A stretch of 64,000 nucleotides of DNA. Origin: a candidate division WOR-3 bacterium (GTDB lineage: Bacteria > Hydrothermota > Tepidihabitantia > SM23-42 > JAOAFX01). Under the pieces are notes generated by a model. It made no database searches, was not told the DNA's origin, and saw only the letters and a program-made list of their open reading frames with translations. The position numbers were made by a program, and so were the translations under genes. How positions within the stretch are numbered: position 1 is the first letter of the stretch; each line of letters starts with the position of its first letter. The stretch spans positions 1 to 64,000 of the forward strand of contig JBBILZ010000005.1 of NCBI GenBank assembly GCA_037444665.1, read 5' to 3'. Shown one piece after another: positions 48,902 to 59,700 of the stretch.

Positions 48902-48933
48902 TTTATCATTTTTACAATTGTAAAAATGATAAA
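48902..48933. promoter_or_regulatory. Perfect 32-bp palindrome, putative ArsR operator
   Basis: TTTATCATTTTTACAA|TTGTAAAAATGATAAA. Confidence 0.7.
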
Positions 48934-49089
48934 ATGATAAATAGTTCAAAGAGGGGTTCAGGCACAATAATCGGAATTGCAGAATGTGAAAAATTGGGAT
49001 AGAGTAATAATTGTTAGGTAGTGAGGTCTGGGATACAGCAAGGTAGCTTTGATCGGGGTACAATAAAATAAATTAATGGGTGGTATGAG

Positions 49090-49346
49090 GTGAAAAATAT
49101 TTTGCTCACTGGTTTGCCCGGGGTTGGGAAGACAACGATTATAAAAAAGTTGTGGAATGTATCAATAAACCATGTGCGGGCTTTTATACCGAAGAGATCA
49201 GGCAGAATAATGAACGGCAAGGCTTCCGATTGATAACCCTTGATAACAGAAGTTGTATTCTATCAGATAAGTCTTTTAAGAGCAATTTCCGTGTAGGAAA
49301 ATACGGTGTGGATATTCCTCAATCCCCGTCAAAAAAGGGAAGGTAA
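49090..49346 (+). pseudogene. NTPase_1 (THEP1-type) pseudogene, frameshifted and truncated
   Basis: MKNILLTGLPGVGKTTIIKK, then frame change near 49148 to VECINKPCAGFYTEEIR...RVGKYGVDI, then early stop. Confidence 0.82.
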
Positions 49347-49508
49347 GTGGTTTTACCTTTGCAATCTAACAACTACAGTTTGATGCAGGGATGGTTTTAT
49401 TTTTAGCGAAGCAAACAACAAGTCATAAAAATTGTGAGGAATCAGGGATTGAAGGGGATTGTGCTAAAAATCCTTGACGAATGGTATATTATAGTTATAA
49501 TTATCTAT

Positions 49509-50432
49509 ATGCCTGAATGCGAATATAATAAAATGGAAATATTCAAACAAAAGATTGAAGAGGAGAAGGCATACTGGGATGGAAAAATACTTGATGGTAT
49601 AGTTCCAGATATAAGAAAACAGACCCGGGAAAAAGAAGTAAATTTTATCTGGGATGACCCGCAAATTGAAATGATTTTGAGAAAAAGAGAAAGGGATTTT
49701 ATCATTGAGCAGGCAGCAAAACACAAGGGTGGAAGAATCTTAGAGATTGGTTGTGGTGTGGGTTGGTTATCATTGGAACTGGCACGGGCGGGTATGAATG
49801 TGATTGGTATTGACCTCAGCGACAGAAAGATTGCAGTTGCCCGTGATTACTACAACAGAATAAAAAAAGAAGAAAATTTTAGTGGAAACATTGAGTATAT
49901 TGTGGACTCAATCCATAATGTTGATTTTCCTCCTTCATCATTTGACGCCATCGTTGCCTGGGACTCATTACATCATATTCCTGATATTGGACAATTGATA
50001 AAAAAAATCAAATTGTGGTTAAAGGATAATGGAGATTTTATGGTTTGTGAGCATATGGGTAGTAATTTTCTGAACCGACTCGTTATCATTATGATATACT
50101 TTCTACCCATAATTGATAAATTAAAGATATTAAAAAAGGTTGTAAAGAAAATATGGACGCCTGAAGCGGTTAAGAGAGCACCACTTGATGGAATCACAAG
50201 ATGGGAGATGATAAAAGAGATCAAAAAAAATTTTATTGATATAGAATACAGAACTGTGCTTGCATTCTGCTATTATGTTGCACCTTTTTTATCATTAAGA
50301 GATAATCTGAGATACAGATGTCTCCATCTCTTTAAAAAATTTGATGATGCTTTTATAAAACTAAATTTCTTACGCGGTGAATACCTTTTTGTTCAGGTAA
50401 AAAAAATTCAAGAAAGGAGCAAAAATGAATAA
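49509..50432 (+). CDS. Class I SAM-dependent methyltransferase
   Basis: ILEIGCGVG, SLHHI; start placed 7 nt after TTGACG-N16-TATAAT (49474-49501). Confidence 0.85.
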   Translation: MPECEYNKMEIFKQKIEEEKAYWDGKILDGIVPDIRKQTREKEVNFIWDDPQIEMILRKRERDFIIEQAAKHKGGRILEIGCGVGWLSLELARAGMNVIGIDLSDRKIAVARDYYNRIKKEENFSGNIEYIVDSIHNVDFPPSSFDAIVAWDSLHHIPDIGQLIKKIKLWLKDNGDFMVCEHMGSNFLNRLVIIMIYFLPIIDKLKILKKVVKKIWTPEAVKRAPLDGITRWEMIKEIKKNFIDIEYRTVLAFCYYVAPFLSLRDNLRYRCLHLFKKFDDAFIKLNFLRGEYLFVQVKKIQERSKNE

Positions 50433-52038
50433 AACAATCTTTTTTATTTTTGTTCTGTTGTTCAGTGTGCAGGTTATGGCAATGCCGCCACACTATCCAC
50501 TGAAGGCTGACCATTCCTGTATTATTGGTCCTCCCCGTGCAGAGCCGAAAGACCTTTCTCGTGGTTCAATTGAGACCTGTGTAATTCTGATTCAGTTTTC
50601 TGATAATCGTGCAGATACTATAAATCGTAGACCAGCGCGCTATGATAGTATGTTCTATTCTACCGGGGTATATTACGGACAGTATCGTCAGGGCAGTTTG
50701 AATGATTTTTTCAAAGAAAACTCTTATAACCAGACTGATGTGCGTGGCGGTATCTGCGGCAACCGCTGGTGGATGTCAAATCATACCTATGCTTATTATG
50801 ACGACGGCAATTATATGCTCAGCACTGGTTATCAACTTGCCCGCGATGCAGTTCAAGTTGTTGATGCAACAGTCAATTTTCATCAATTTGACCTGAATAA
50901 TGATAATCATATTGACGGAGTTTTTGTGGTGCATGCAGGTCCTGGTGCAGAGGATACAGGTAATTTGCATCAATGCTGGTCACATGCCATCCCCAGTTTT
51001 AATTATACAACAAATGATGGAGTGGTTATTGATGGAGCAACAAATGTGCCTGAGGTAAATCTTGTGACCCCTGCACTTGATACTACACTTTGCTGTATTG
51101 GAGTGATGTGCCATGAACTTGGTCATGTAGTTGGATTACCTGACCTTTATGATTATTCGCGCAATACCTGGGGTGTGGGTTACTGGAGTTTGATGGGTTA
51201 TGGTGCCTGGGGTGCAGGAGGAAACACACCTTGGAGCCCTTCGCATTGTGATGCCTGGAGTAAAAAGACAGTGAACTGGTTGAGTTATACACCAATAACT
51301 GCAAATATCTTTGGTTTAAAGATTCCTCCCCTTGAAACCAACCCAGTGGCATATCGGGTATGGCGTAACGGAGTTGTCAATGATACTTTTTTTATTCTGG
51401 AGAATCGTCAAAACATAGGATTTGATACGCCATTACCTGGAGAAGGATTATTGATCTGGCATATTGACCCTCGCTATGGGGGTTCCTACCATAATGTTCT
51501 GGATATTGAAGAGGCAGATGGTTGTGATGACCTTGACCATGGCTGGGGTTATAGGCCTGACCCCCATTATTACCATCATGAACTTGGTGATTCAGGTGAC
51601 CCATATCCTGGAGATAGTAATAATACTATATTCGGACCAAATACTTATCCTTCAAGCAATAGCAATTACGGAGTTACTACAAATATTACAGTGCGTAATA
51701 TTGCGATTGTAGGTGATACTGTTATCTGTGATGTTATTATTGATCCGGTTGTGATTGCCGAATCTTATAATGGAAATCTTCAACAAGAATTCAGTATTAG
51801 ACCAGTGCCTGCAAAACGGATGCTAAATATTTATTATAATGTATTGCAGAGTGAAGAGATCAAAATAGGACTCTATGATATAACAGGAAAAATGGTGGAT
51901 TGTGTTTATACAGGTAGAATTAGTGGTGCAGGAATAATAAGATTTGTGCCTGAGAAACTTGTGAATGGAGTATATTTTTTACGGATTGAAAAAGGAGAAA
52001 GCAAAGAGGTCATAAAATTTGTTTATTTCAGGTCTTGA
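50425..52038 (+). CDS. M6 (immune inhibitor A-like) metalloprotease with T9SS-type CTD
   Basis: Signal peptide, HELGHVVGLPDLYD, WSLMGYGAW, ENRQ..GFD, GLLIWHID; CTD YDITGKMV...GVYFLR. Confidence 0.92.
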   Translation: MNKTIFFIFVLLFSVQVMAMPPHYPLKADHSCIIGPPRAEPKDLSRGSIETCVILIQFSDNRADTINRRPARYDSMFYSTGVYYGQYRQGSLNDFFKENSYNQTDVRGGICGNRWWMSNHTYAYYDDGNYMLSTGYQLARDAVQVVDATVNFHQFDLNNDNHIDGVFVVHAGPGAEDTGNLHQCWSHAIPSFNYTTNDGVVIDGATNVPEVNLVTPALDTTLCCIGVMCHELGHVVGLPDLYDYSRNTWGVGYWSLMGYGAWGAGGNTPWSPSHCDAWSKKTVNWLSYTPITANIFGLKIPPLETNPVAYRVWRNGVVNDTFFILENRQNIGFDTPLPGEGLLIWHIDPRYGGSYHNVLDIEEADGCDDLDHGWGYRPDPHYYHHELGDSGDPYPGDSNNTIFGPNTYPSSNSNYGVTTNITVRNIAIVGDTVICDVIIDPVVIAESYNGNLQQEFSIRPVPAKRMLNIYYNVLQSEEIKIGLYDITGKMVDCVYTGRISGAGIIRFVPEKLVNGVYFLRIEKGESKEVIKFVYFRS

Positions 52039-52141
52039 CAATGGTCAATAAATAAGTATAATTTACTATTAATTAATATATTAGCGTAAAATAACTCTAC
52101 CCATTGATTTCTGAACAAAGAGATTGTAATAGGAGGATTTA

Positions 52142-52855
52142 ATGGATGCAATAAATGGGTTGATTTATGACTTGGAACAGACTGGCGAAATGAATGGATT
52201 AGATGAATATAGAGAACCGTCTCTTAAACGGGCTTTTGATGTTTTACTGAGCGGGTTTGGATTGGTCCTGTCTTCTTGGCTATGGGTGCTAATCTGGATC
52301 GGTATCTGGTGTGAGGATGGTTCTCCTTGCTGCATAAAGCAATTGCGCATTGGAAAAGGTGGCAGGATATTTAAGGTAATAAAATTTCGTTCAATGCGTA
52401 AATCTGCTCTTAATGAAACAATTAATCATCAGGCAGTTGAAAATGACCCGAGGGTTACAGTTATGGGTAGATTTTTGCGAAAGACTGCGCTGGATGAATT
52501 GCCCCAGTTAATAAACATATTTGTTGGAGATATGAGTTTTGTTGGTCCAAGGGCACTTCTACCTGCAGAAATTGAGCAGTATGATTGTCATCTCCATATT
52601 AATGAAATACCAGGATATAATAAAAGAATAATGATACATCCTGGCTTGACTGGAATTGCCCAGATATTTGCCCCGCGCGACCTGCCCAGGCGACATAAAT
52701 TTAAGTATGATTTGTTATATCTCCATAAGATGGGATTGTTATTTGATATTAAACTCATCGCAATCTCTTTCCTCATTACTTTTGTAGGAACCTGGGAACG
52801 AAAACGGAATAAATTAAAGTTTCTGAAGAGTTCAAAATGGGGCTTGACAAAATAG
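52142..52855 (+). CDS. Bacterial sugar transferase (initiating phosphoglycosyl transferase)
   Basis: KRAFD, KFRSM, LDELPQL, GDMSFVGPR, PGLTG. Confidence 0.93.
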   Translation: MDAINGLIYDLEQTGEMNGLDEYREPSLKRAFDVLLSGFGLVLSSWLWVLIWIGIWCEDGSPCCIKQLRIGKGGRIFKVIKFRSMRKSALNETINHQAVENDPRVTVMGRFLRKTALDELPQLINIFVGDMSFVGPRALLPAEIEQYDCHLHINEIPGYNKRIMIHPGLTGIAQIFAPRDLPRRHKFKYDLLYLHKMGLLFDIKLIAISFLITFVGTWERKRNKLKFLKSSKWGLTK

Positions 52856-52926
52856 AAGATTTGATTATAATATATAATATAAGAGGATAGCATGGTGGAT
52901 TATTTTCGTATAACTAAGGAGGTGTT

Positions 52927-54570
52927 ATGATAATCGTTTATTTGGTTATTATTTCACAATTATGTCGCACATCTGGTTATTTAGATATGCCCACTGTTCC
53001 ACAATATGATATTAAAGGGATGTGGGGAGTAACCACGATGTTTTCTTTTCCAATGTATTCAGATGACCCTAATCCAAATGACAGTGTATTTGTAGACCCG
53101 AAAGACTTTTCAATGGCATTTAAATATGGTTTTGGTAAAGGTGAACTTGCCATCTCTATGTTCACACCCACGACCTGGGTCGCAAGTGTGAGTTATTTAT
53201 TAAAACCCGCGAAAGAGAGCGGAACTGCCTGGTTCTGTGGAGTGGATGATATTTCTTATGCAAAACATATCTCAACAGTAGGCGCGGGTGGCAATGACGG
53301 AACAATTGAGGAGATCAGTTATCACAAATATATGAATGGTAGACCCTGGGAACTATTTTCAGGTTATATTGCAATGCAAAAGTATTTTGGCAGGATTGCC
53401 AATTTTGTGATAGGACTTGGACGGGGCAGGTTTGTTGGTTATGGATGGCGGAGTCATATTTTCAATACTGATTTCCTTGTGCTGGGGGAGGATTATAGCA
53501 CAAAAGACCACTCCTGGTGGGCATTCGGTCTATTTATGGGTGGCTCATTAAAGTTTCCTTTTGGACTTGAAATGTCAATGGAGATGGATGGTAGGGATGC
53601 AAATGTTGGCTTGAAATACCATTTTCCAGTAGTTACTGCAACACTTGCCCTGTGCAAGGTTGAGTATCTTGGACATTTTCGTCCCTGGTCTCCCCGCTGG
53701 ACATTCGGTCTTGAAGGCAATAATCGTAGCGCTATTTCTGCACCAAAGGTTGGTTCAATTGAATGTGAGATAAAGGACCAGACCACAAAAGTATTGCTGG
53801 CAAATTGTGTGGTAGACATTAAAGAAATTAACAAAAGGTACAGGGCACCAGCAGGAACTTTCAGTTTAAGTTTGCCCGTAGGGAATTACACAGTTACTGT
53901 GAGCACTCCTAATTATGTTGATTATATTGCAAAGATCAGTGTGAAGCCCGGGGTGAAAAGTAAACTGGTCTTTAATCTGAAAAAGACAGAAGAGGCAATC
54001 CAGCGTGAAATTGCCGCAATGGAAAGAGAAAAGAGTATTAAAACTTATCTTTCTCAGGGTAAGATTTACTTCTCAGAAGGTAATCTCAAAGAGGCAAAGA
54101 AGGCATTTGAAATGGTCCTTTCCCTTGACCCGGACAATGTTGAAGCAAAGAATTATCTGGGTAATGTTGAAACTCGGAGAAATGAACTTATAAGTGCTTA
54201 TCTTACTGAGGCGCGCAACCGGGAAAAGGCGAACGATTTTGCCAAGGCGATTGAATTCTATCAGAAGGTGCTTGACCTTGATCCTCAGAATACTGAGTCA
54301 AGCGAGGCGATTACACGATTGAAAGCAAAGGTTACTCAGGAGAAAAAGCCACCAACCACGACCAAGCCAAAAGAACCTGAAAAGAAGGTAACGCCACAAG
54401 AGATTGAGGCATTGTATAAAAAGGGTGTAAGTTATTTCTCGGCGAACAATTTTGATGAGGCACTAAAGGTCTTTAATCAAGTTCTTGCGCTTGATCCTAA
54501 TCACAAAGGTGCCAAGGATTATAAAAAGAGAACTGAAGCACGGCTCAAGGTTTTAAAAGGCGGTGAGTAG
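52927..54570 (+). CDS. Exported protein: beta-barrel-like N-terminus, PEGA/carboxypeptidase-regulatory-like domain, TPRs
   Basis: SD TAAGGAGGT; LPVGNYTVTVS; VLxLDPxN TPR repeats. Confidence 0.75.
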   Translation: MIIVYLVIISQLCRTSGYLDMPTVPQYDIKGMWGVTTMFSFPMYSDDPNPNDSVFVDPKDFSMAFKYGFGKGELAISMFTPTTWVASVSYLLKPAKESGTAWFCGVDDISYAKHISTVGAGGNDGTIEEISYHKYMNGRPWELFSGYIAMQKYFGRIANFVIGLGRGRFVGYGWRSHIFNTDFLVLGEDYSTKDHSWWAFGLFMGGSLKFPFGLEMSMEMDGRDANVGLKYHFPVVTATLALCKVEYLGHFRPWSPRWTFGLEGNNRSAISAPKVGSIECEIKDQTTKVLLANCVVDIKEINKRYRAPAGTFSLSLPVGNYTVTVSTPNYVDYIAKISVKPGVKSKLVFNLKKTEEAIQREIAAMEREKSIKTYLSQGKIYFSEGNLKEAKKAFEMVLSLDPDNVEAKNYLGNVETRRNELISAYLTEARNREKANDFAKAIEFYQKVLDLDPQNTESSEAITRLKAKVTQEKKPPTTTKPKEPEKKVTPQEIEALYKKGVSYFSANNFDEALKVFNQVLALDPNHKGAKDYKKRTEARLKVLKGGE

Positions 54571-54590
54571 AATAATTTTAGAAAATCTTA

Positions 54591-54622
54591 AAAAATGCCT
54601 GCCTTCTGGCAGGCATTTTTTT
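54591..54622 (+). terminator. Rho-independent terminator
   Basis: AAAAATGCCTGCC-TTCT-GGCAGGCATTTTTTT. Confidence 0.88.
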
Positions 54623-54707
54623 ATAATTGACATTTACCAATTTTTGCATAAAATGATAATTAATTCCTATATGGAGACTATATCAGCAATCAGCGAAAGG
54701 AGAATAG

Positions 54708-55628
54708 ATGGCGTGGTCTGGTAAAAATCATCTTGATAATCTTGAAGAGGTTCTTATGAATCTGCAGTGGTTGATCCAACCAGATACGGTCATCACTGAA
54801 CTTCCTTTTGACCTTGAATTTCTCAAGAGGCCTGATGTAGAACTTTTTGCTGAATGGTGTCCGGGTGCAGTGAGTAAAAATGAACTGGAGGAGGGTAGAT
54901 ATACCATAAATAAATACCTCGTAAAATTCTTTATTGACAAAACCTATCCCCAGCTTTCAATGGTTGGCAAAAAAGAGAAGATTGATAAAATTATTCAGGA
55001 TATTCATAAATTGCTCAATAAACCTTCGTACGAGCCAATATACTTAAATAAAGAAAATATTGAAAAGATTATTGAAGAGACAAATAATAAACCAGGTGAG
55101 ACCCATATTGATAAGACAAAACGCCGGATAAAGGTAGCAGTTTCATTGCGCTGGCTCCAGGACAAACGTTTATTGAGTGAATTGAGCGAAAAAACGAGAG
55201 AATATGTCCAGCGCATCGGTGACCTGTATGGTTTGCTTAATCAGAAAAAGCACATTGATACTACAAATATGCATAATTATACAATCCCTCAGGAAGACCT
55301 CAAAAAACTGGTTGACGATTATGAGACAAAGATGGAATTAACTCTTCTCACTGCTGACCAGGAGATAAAAAAGGCAAAGCAGCGTATCAGTGGTATCAAT
55401 TATAATGGATTGGGTGTGGTGCGTGAGCCTTTAAACCGATTGAAAAATTTCATAGAAAAAAGAAGTTCAGATGATTATGATGAGATGGAGCGTTTTAAGG
55501 ATTCAATATTTATCACAATAATACTTAATTATATTAAAGACCCGTATATCCAGAATACGAATGACGCTAAAAATGTCATTAAACTCGTTGTGCCTATCTA
55601 TGTCAAATTTAAGAATTTTGATGTATAA
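54708..55628 (+). CDS. Hypothetical protein (306 aa)
   Basis: Long ORF, SD AAGGAG, promoter TTGACA-N16-TAAAAT at 54627-54654; no motif recognised. Confidence 0.75.
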   Translation: MAWSGKNHLDNLEEVLMNLQWLIQPDTVITELPFDLEFLKRPDVELFAEWCPGAVSKNELEEGRYTINKYLVKFFIDKTYPQLSMVGKKEKIDKIIQDIHKLLNKPSYEPIYLNKENIEKIIEETNNKPGETHIDKTKRRIKVAVSLRWLQDKRLLSELSEKTREYVQRIGDLYGLLNQKKHIDTTNMHNYTIPQEDLKKLVDDYETKMELTLLTADQEIKKAKQRISGINYNGLGVVREPLNRLKNFIEKRSSDDYDEMERFKDSIFITIILNYIKDPYIQNTNDAKNVIKLVVPIYVKFKNFDV

Positions 55629-55648
55629 TTTTGCTAATCAATAAAAAA

Positions 55649-56743
55649 ATGCAAAGAGGCTTATTAATTCTTGAGGATGGAACAGTAATTGAAGGTAAAG
55701 GGCTGGGCGTAGAGGGGATAGCATATGGTGAGCTTGTGTTTAATACTGCAATGTCAGGATATGAAGAGGCATTTACTGACCCATCGTATGCCGGGCAGAT
55801 TTTGTTGATGACCTATCCTTTAATCGGAAATTACGGATTCAATACTAAGTACAAGGAATCTGAAACCGTTAAAATTCGCGGGCTCGTAATAAAGGAGCCC
55901 GCTTTTTTTTCAGCCAAAAACTTGAAGATAACTAAATACCTGCAACAAAATAGATTGTCCTGTATATGGGATATTGATACTCGTCAACTAACACTTAAAT
56001 TACGATACTTTGGAACAATGAAGGCAATGCTGGTGAATACCTCAAAAGTGTTAAATACTAAATTATTAATAAAAAAACTAAAGAAAATGGCACACCCCCA
56101 TTCACAGAACCTTGTCGCTGAAGTTTCTTGCAAATCTATAATCTACCACAAAAATCGCCATAAAAAGAGAGTAATACTTATTGATTGCGGGGTAAAAAAT
56201 AGTATTATAAAAAACTTATTAAATTATTTTTCAGTAGTTCAGGTGCCTTATAATACAGATTTAAATTCAATTAAAAAACTCAATCCGGATGGCATTGTGA
56301 TTTCCAATGGTCCGGGCAATCCTGAGCATCCAGCACTGATGAGTTCAACAGTTAAAACGATCAAAGGATTAATAAAAATGGGTTACCCAATCTTTGGCAT
56401 ATGCCTGGGCCACCAGTTACTCGGCATAGCACTCGGTTTAAAGACATATAAACTCAAATTTGGACATCGGGGATATAATCATCCAGTTAAATGTTTATGG
56501 AATAATCGCATCTATATCACTTCTCAGAATCACGGATATGCCCTAAAGGCATCAGACAAAGACAAGAATATAATCTTTGACTGGTTCAATTTGAATGATG
56601 GAACAGTTGAAGGAATGCACCACAGTCTATTATCTATTTTTTCTGTTCAATTTCATCCTGAGGCATCACCTGGACCTTATGATACAAAATTTCTATTTAG
56701 TAAATTTAATTATTTAATAGATGCCAAAGCGCCGCGATATTAA
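55649..56743 (+). CDS. carA: Carbamoyl-phosphate synthase small subunit
   Basis: GELVFNT, TDPSYAGQ, SNGPGNP, GICLGHQ, QFHPEA. Confidence 0.97.
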   Translation: MQRGLLILEDGTVIEGKGLGVEGIAYGELVFNTAMSGYEEAFTDPSYAGQILLMTYPLIGNYGFNTKYKESETVKIRGLVIKEPAFFSAKNLKITKYLQQNRLSCIWDIDTRQLTLKLRYFGTMKAMLVNTSKVLNTKLLIKKLKKMAHPHSQNLVAEVSCKSIIYHKNRHKKRVILIDCGVKNSIIKNLLNYFSVVQVPYNTDLNSIKKLNPDGIVISNGPGNPEHPALMSSTVKTIKGLIKMGYPIFGICLGHQLLGIALGLKTYKLKFGHRGYNHPVKCLWNNRIYITSQNHGYALKASDKDKNIIFDWFNLNDGTVEGMHHSLLSIFSVQFHPEASPGPYDTKFLFSKFNYLIDAKAPRY

Positions 56744-59700
56744 AAAAGTTTTAATCATTGGCTCTGGTCCAATAATCATAGGCCAGGCTGCAGAATTTGA
56801 CTTTTCTGGTTCTCAGGCGAGCCGTTCATTGCGGGATGAAGGATATGAAACAATTATTGTGAATTCAAATCCTGCAACAATCCAGACCGATTTAGAAACT
56901 GCAGATACTGTTTATATTGAACCCCTTACCGAAGAGATATTAGAAAAGATAATTGAAAAAGAACATCCTCAGGGCATTCTACCAGGATTCGGAGGCCAGA
57001 CCGGTTTAAATCTTGCTTATGAACTTGCCCGAAAAGGCAGACTTCAAAAATACAAAGTAGAACTGTTGGGGACAACTATGCAATCAATAGAGATGGCTGA
57101 AAATCGTGATTATTTCCGGAAACTTATGAATGATATTGGTGAACCAATTCCACATAGTTTTGCTGTCCATAGTTATAATGAGGCGCAGGAAGTGGTGAAA
57201 AAAATGAAGTATCCCATCCTGATTCGTCCCGCATATACTCTGGGCGGAACCGGGAGTGGCATTGCATATAATTCTGAACAATTATATGAGGCAGTTATAG
57301 GCGGTTTAAATCGTTCACCCATAAAACAGGTTCTACTTGAAGAAAGTATGCTGGGCTGGAAAGAGTTTGAATACGAGGTAATGCGCGACCATAGTGATAA
57401 TTGTATTATTATCTGTAGTATGGAGAACATTGACCCAATGGGTATCCACACGGGCGAGAGTATTGTGGTTGCTCCTGCTCAAACTTTAACAGATAAAGAA
57501 CATCAGATACTACGCAGTGCAGCGATTAATATTATCCGTGCATTGAAGATTGCGGGTGGTTGCAATATTCAATTTGCGGTCAATCCTGAAAAATGGGAAT
57601 ATCGGGTAATTGAGGTTAATCCCAGGGTATCGCGCTCATCTGCACTTGCCTCAAAGGCAACTGGTTATCCTATTGCACGTGTCAGCGCCAAGATTGCGCT
57701 TGGATTTAATCTTGATGAAATCCAGAATGCGATTACAAAAAAGACCACAGCCGGATTTGAACCTGCCCTGGACTATGTGGTCGTTAAGATTCCACGTTGG
57801 CCATTTGATAAATTTCCTACAGTTGATAAGAGATTGGGAACTCAAATGAAGTCTACTGGTGAAGTGATGGCAATCGGTTCAACAATAGAAGAAGCTCTGC
57901 TCAAAGCAGTGCGTTCACTTGAGATTGCAAAAAGTGGATTTGAACCAGAACAATGGAGAGAATATGAATTAATATATGAACTGCAAGAACCAACAGACCA
58001 GCGTATTTTTGCTATTGCTGAATCTTTACGCCGTGGTTATACAAAAAAGAAGATTTCTGATCTTACCAGGATCTCTGAATTTTTCATTAACAAAATAGAA
58101 AACATTATTACATTAGAAAGATTGTTAAAAAAGGCGGGTCCTGAGCCGCATCTTATCCTTGAGGCAAAAAAACTTGGTTTTAGTGATGAATATATTGCGA
58201 AGATTTTGACTGTATCTGAAAAAGAGATAAGGTGTCTGCGCAATAAGCATAAAATTGAACCGGTTTTTAATATAGTTGATACCTGTGCCGGTGAATTTGA
58301 GGCATATACTCCATACTACTACTCAACATACTGGGGAAAAAATCAATCAGGAAGAAAGAAACAGAAACAAAAAAAGAGTATAATGATTATAGGTTCAGGT
58401 CCAATAAGAATCGGACAGGGGATTGAATTTGATTACTGTTGTGTCCATTCAGCCATTGCCTTAAAAGAGATGGGATATGAAGCGATAATCATTAACAATA
58501 ATCCTGAAACTGTTTCCACTGACTTTGATATTTCTACAAGGCTTTACTTTGAACCATTGAAATTTGAAGATGTATTAAATGTTTTACTGAGAGAAGAACC
58601 TTATGGACTTATAATACAATTTGGGGGTCAAACTTCTTTGAACCTGGCAGTACCTTTATTAAAGGCAATAAAAGAGTATCAACTGAAAACAAAGATTCTC
58701 GGCACAAATCCAGTGAGTGTTAATAAAGCAGAAGACAGAGAAACATTTTCAAGGATATTAAAAAAACTTAATATTTTGCAGCCGCCTTTTGCCACAGGAT
58801 TCAATTTTGAAGAGGTCAAAGAAATTGCGCAGAAGATTGGTTATCCAGTATTAGTGCGACCGAGTTATGTCCTGGGTGGCAGGGCAATGGAGATTGTTTA
58901 CGATGAACATGAACTGGAGAGATATGTAGGAATGGCAGCACGGGTATCGCCTGACCATCCAATTCTTGTTGATAAATACATTGCAAATGCTACTGAGGTT
59001 GATGTTGATGCCCTGTGCGATGGGAAGGAGGTTTTCATTGCGGGCATAATGGAGCATATTGAACAAGCCGGTGTGCATTCGGGCGATTCATATTGTGTAA
59101 TGCCACCAAAAACTCTTTCTGATAAAACAATCAAGCAGATTAAAGAGATTGTTAGAAAGATTGCAGTAGAGTTAAATACTGTAGGATTGATAAACATCCA
59201 GTTTGCAGTTCAAAACAACATAGTCTATGTTTTAGAGACAAATCCACGCGCTTCAAGGACAGTTCCCTATGTTTCAAAGACCATAGGTATACCCCTGGCA
59301 AAACTTGCTACAAAGATAATGTTAGGCTATAGACTTAAAGATTTTAATTTGCCCGAAGAGATAAAATTTGATTTTGTCTCAATAAAAGCCCCGGTCTTTC
59401 CATTTTTAAAATTACCAGGCGTGGACCCAATACTCGGGCCAGAAATGAAGTCAACAGGCGAAGCAATGGCAGTGGACAAAAAATTTGGTGCTGCTTATTA
59501 TAAAGCCATCCTTGCCGATAATAAGTTTGCCGATTCGGGAACTGTATATATTACGGTGCGCGATGATGATAAAAAAGAAATTTTGCCCATTGCACGGCAA
59601 CTTAAAGAACTTGGCTTTAAAATAGTTGCGACCAGAGGGACTGCACAATTTCTTAAGGACAATCAAATTGATGCTGAGACTGTATATAGAATAAGTGAAC

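Noticed and set aside
52063..52141. ops/JUMPstart-like element in the sugar-transferase leader
   Set aside because: Only a TAGCGT fragment matches; insufficient.
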